DNA of 32,000 nucleotides. Source: Pseudoalteromonas tetraodonis. GTDB lineage: Bacteria; Pseudomonadota; Gammaproteobacteria; Enterobacterales; Alteromonadaceae. Shown here in pieces: positions 30,757 through 32,000 of the stretch. Numbering within the stretch: position 1 is the stretch's first letter; every line of letters begins with the position of its first letter. The stretch covers positions 2,940,001 through 2,972,000 of the forward strand of contig NZ_CP011041.1 of NCBI RefSeq assembly GCF_002310835.1, in the 5' to 3' direction. The notes beneath the pieces are model-generated. The model was not told the origin of the DNA and did no database searches. It saw only the letters and a list, made by a program, of their open reading frames with translations. A program made the position numbers and the translations under genes.

Positions 30757-30924
30757 AAGAGATTATTGGATGCTCCCTTTATATCAATAAGTAAAATCAA
30801 GATAAGTGTTTAATATTTACGAGGTAGACGCCGAGCTTGAAAAGCATAGCTTTAAATTATTTAAGCTCTACATTTGCTTCTAAAATATAAATTTTATTGT
30901 AATCGAGAGTTTACCTCCCGCATA

Positions 30925-31057
30925 TTTAGGGTCTAGGTTAAAGATCAAAGGTTTTAAGCCCGTTCCCCGTTGCTCATTGCTCGTAGCCCGCCAACACCAA
31001 GCAAATCACAGTGCTTGGCTTAATTTCTACCTAATACCTAGAACCTAACCCCTGCTC
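30925..31057. repeat. Decayed heptamer arrays held in one 7-nt phase
   Basis: Cutting the sequence every 7 nt from 30925 gives four blocks:
- TTTAGGG/TCTAGGT/TAAAGAT/CAAAGGT/TTTAAGC
- CCGTTCC/CCGTTGC/TCATTGC/TCGTAGC
- CCGCCAA/CACCAAG/CAAATCA/CAGTGCT
- after two unrelated units, CCTAATA/CCTAGAA/CCTAACC/CCTGCTC

Position 1 is a pyrimidine in 18 of 19 units. Confidence 0.6.
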
Positions 31058-31058
31058 T

Positions 31059-31910
31059 TTAACTTAAACCACCAAATAAAGTCATTAAAGCAATCAATAC
31101 TAAGTAGAAAAGTACATTTCGCTTAACCAGTTTGATCATACAGGTGGCCTCAAAGGTGCAACCATAGTAGCGCTCTTCAACTTGTTCAGCCGCTAGCGCC
31201 GTATAAGTAACCACCTTGCGATTAGGGCTTGAAAAGTCAAACACGTAATGTAGCCAACAGCTAGTCCCTTTATTAAAGTTACCAATCACTAAATAGCCAA
31301 AACTGGTAATACGCGCGGGGAGCCAATCAAGCCAAAACAATAAACGGTGGAGGAGTTTAAAATGCTTAGCAATGACTTCATCACGGTTGTCACTCACTAA
31401 GTCGGCAAAGGTACGTACTAATGCATAAAAAACAGCACCAGCAACGCCCAATACCACAAACCAAAATATAACCGCACAATAAAATCGAAAGTTAACCCAA
31501 GCCAGCGTTTGCCCTAAGGTTTCGCCGCCTTGTTGCTCCTCTGTGCGTTTTTGCCCTAATTGCAAAGCGTATAAGGTAGCTGCAGTTTGATCCCCTCGGG
31601 TCAGTGCATTTAAATACGACTTATACAAAGCGCGTTGCTTAGCACAACCAAAACAAACGAGTAACACCGCCACATTAAAAACAAGCTGCCAAAGTACAAA
31701 GTCAGATAAAAAATACACACACCCAATAGCAATCACAGGCAGGAATAGCCAAATTAAAAACCCCGTAGCTGTGCCAAATAAACCTTTATTGGTCAATAAA
31801 TTAACAGAGCGAGTTAAGTAGCCATTAGCGTAATAACTCATTTGCCAATGCGCAGAGCGAGCACCTAAACGCTCAAGTATCAGTGCTATTATTATTGAAA
31901 CCAAAATCAT
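31059..31910 (-). CDS. ampE: AmpE-like inner-membrane protein
   Basis: The protein is 283 aa with multiple TM helices. ALAWVNFRFYCAVIFWFVV parallels E. coli AmpE LLWINFRFYLAPLFW. It neighbours the pdhR operon as in E. coli. Confidence 0.85.
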   Translation of the reverse strand: MILVSIIIALILERLGARSAHWQMSYYANGYLTRSVNLLTNKGLFGTATGFLIWLFLPVIAIGCVYFLSDFVLWQLVFNVAVLLVCFGCAKQRALYKSYLNALTRGDQTAATLYALQLGQKRTEEQQGGETLGQTLAWVNFRFYCAVIFWFVVLGVAGAVFYALVRTFADLVSDNRDEVIAKHFKLLHRLLFWLDWLPARITSFGYLVIGNFNKGTSCWLHYVFDFSSPNRKVVTYTALAAEQVEERYYGCTFEATCMIKLVKRNVLFYLVLIALMTLFGGLS

Positions 31911-32000
31911 GTTGTTACTCGCTTAATTTAGGGTCTGTTGACCTTTGCGGATTATAATTTGTTCAAACTAGGGGCGATTTAATCGCGGCGCGAGGTTTGT

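Noticed and set aside
30679-30813. This is a 44-codon plus-strand ORF (MKNKWSDQLIFNFRGSGFGVRGSGFGKRLL...) with AAAGG upstream that spans the (TTCGGGG) array. It would be frame-switched by changes in unit number, in the style of a phase-variable gene.
   Set aside because: It is very short and its composition is dictated by the repeat itself. It has no recognisable domain and sits antisense to the local transcription direction. It is best explained as a chance ORF, although it would be worth a glance in ribosome-profiling data.
31926-31962. TTGACC and TATAAT hexamers lie near the window end, and the telomere-like TTTAGGG is shared with 30925-30931.
   Set aside because: The hexamers are only 9 nt apart, so they cannot form a sigma70 promoter. 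The shared ATTTAGGGTCT 11-mer is within chance expectation. The last 90 nt are too short to decide whether an ampD-like gene ends here.

Overview
This is a roughly 40% GC window whose proteins resemble those of a Pseudoalteromonas-type marine gammaproteobacterium. That placement is my inference from remembered homologues, since no search was possible.

I support 25 protein-coding genes. Nearly all are core housekeeping genes, arranged in blocks that mirror E. coli synteny:
- an S9 peptidase, 5-prime truncated by the window edge
- a GGEEF diguanylate cyclase
- a Fic-fold protein with a degenerate active-site motif
- a YhiN-type flavoprotein
- a secreted S8 subtilase with two PPC domains
- a Prx5-type peroxiredoxin, an MCP and a small secreted protein
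- folA
- obgE-rpmA-rplU, divergent from ispB
- mdh, divergent from argR
- an fbpABC-like ferric ABC importer followed by a YfeX-like DyP peroxidase
- tapT (DTW domain)
- ampE followed by pdhR-aceE-aceF-lpdA

I saw no rRNA, tRNA, CRISPR array, transposase, integrase, phage gene or defence-type gene. I therefore cannot support a novel protein-coding system here.

The unusual content is non-coding:
1. A GGA-rich sRNA of about 470 nt lies at about 21356-21824. It has 25 GGA motifs, many in hairpin loops, and looks like a CsrB/RsmB-type CsrA sponge. A near-perfect GacA/UvrY box sits upstream.
2. There is a set of intergenic heptanucleotide tandem arrays reminiscent of cyanobacterial STRR repeats: (CAGCGGT)x9, a perfect 568-nt (ATCAGCT)x81 tract, (TTCGGGG)x6 with G-quadruplex potential, and a stretch of about 130 nt of decayed heptamers that stay in one 7-nt phase. 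Two related arrays bracket tapT.

The remaining ORFs in the track are antisense or overlap artefacts.
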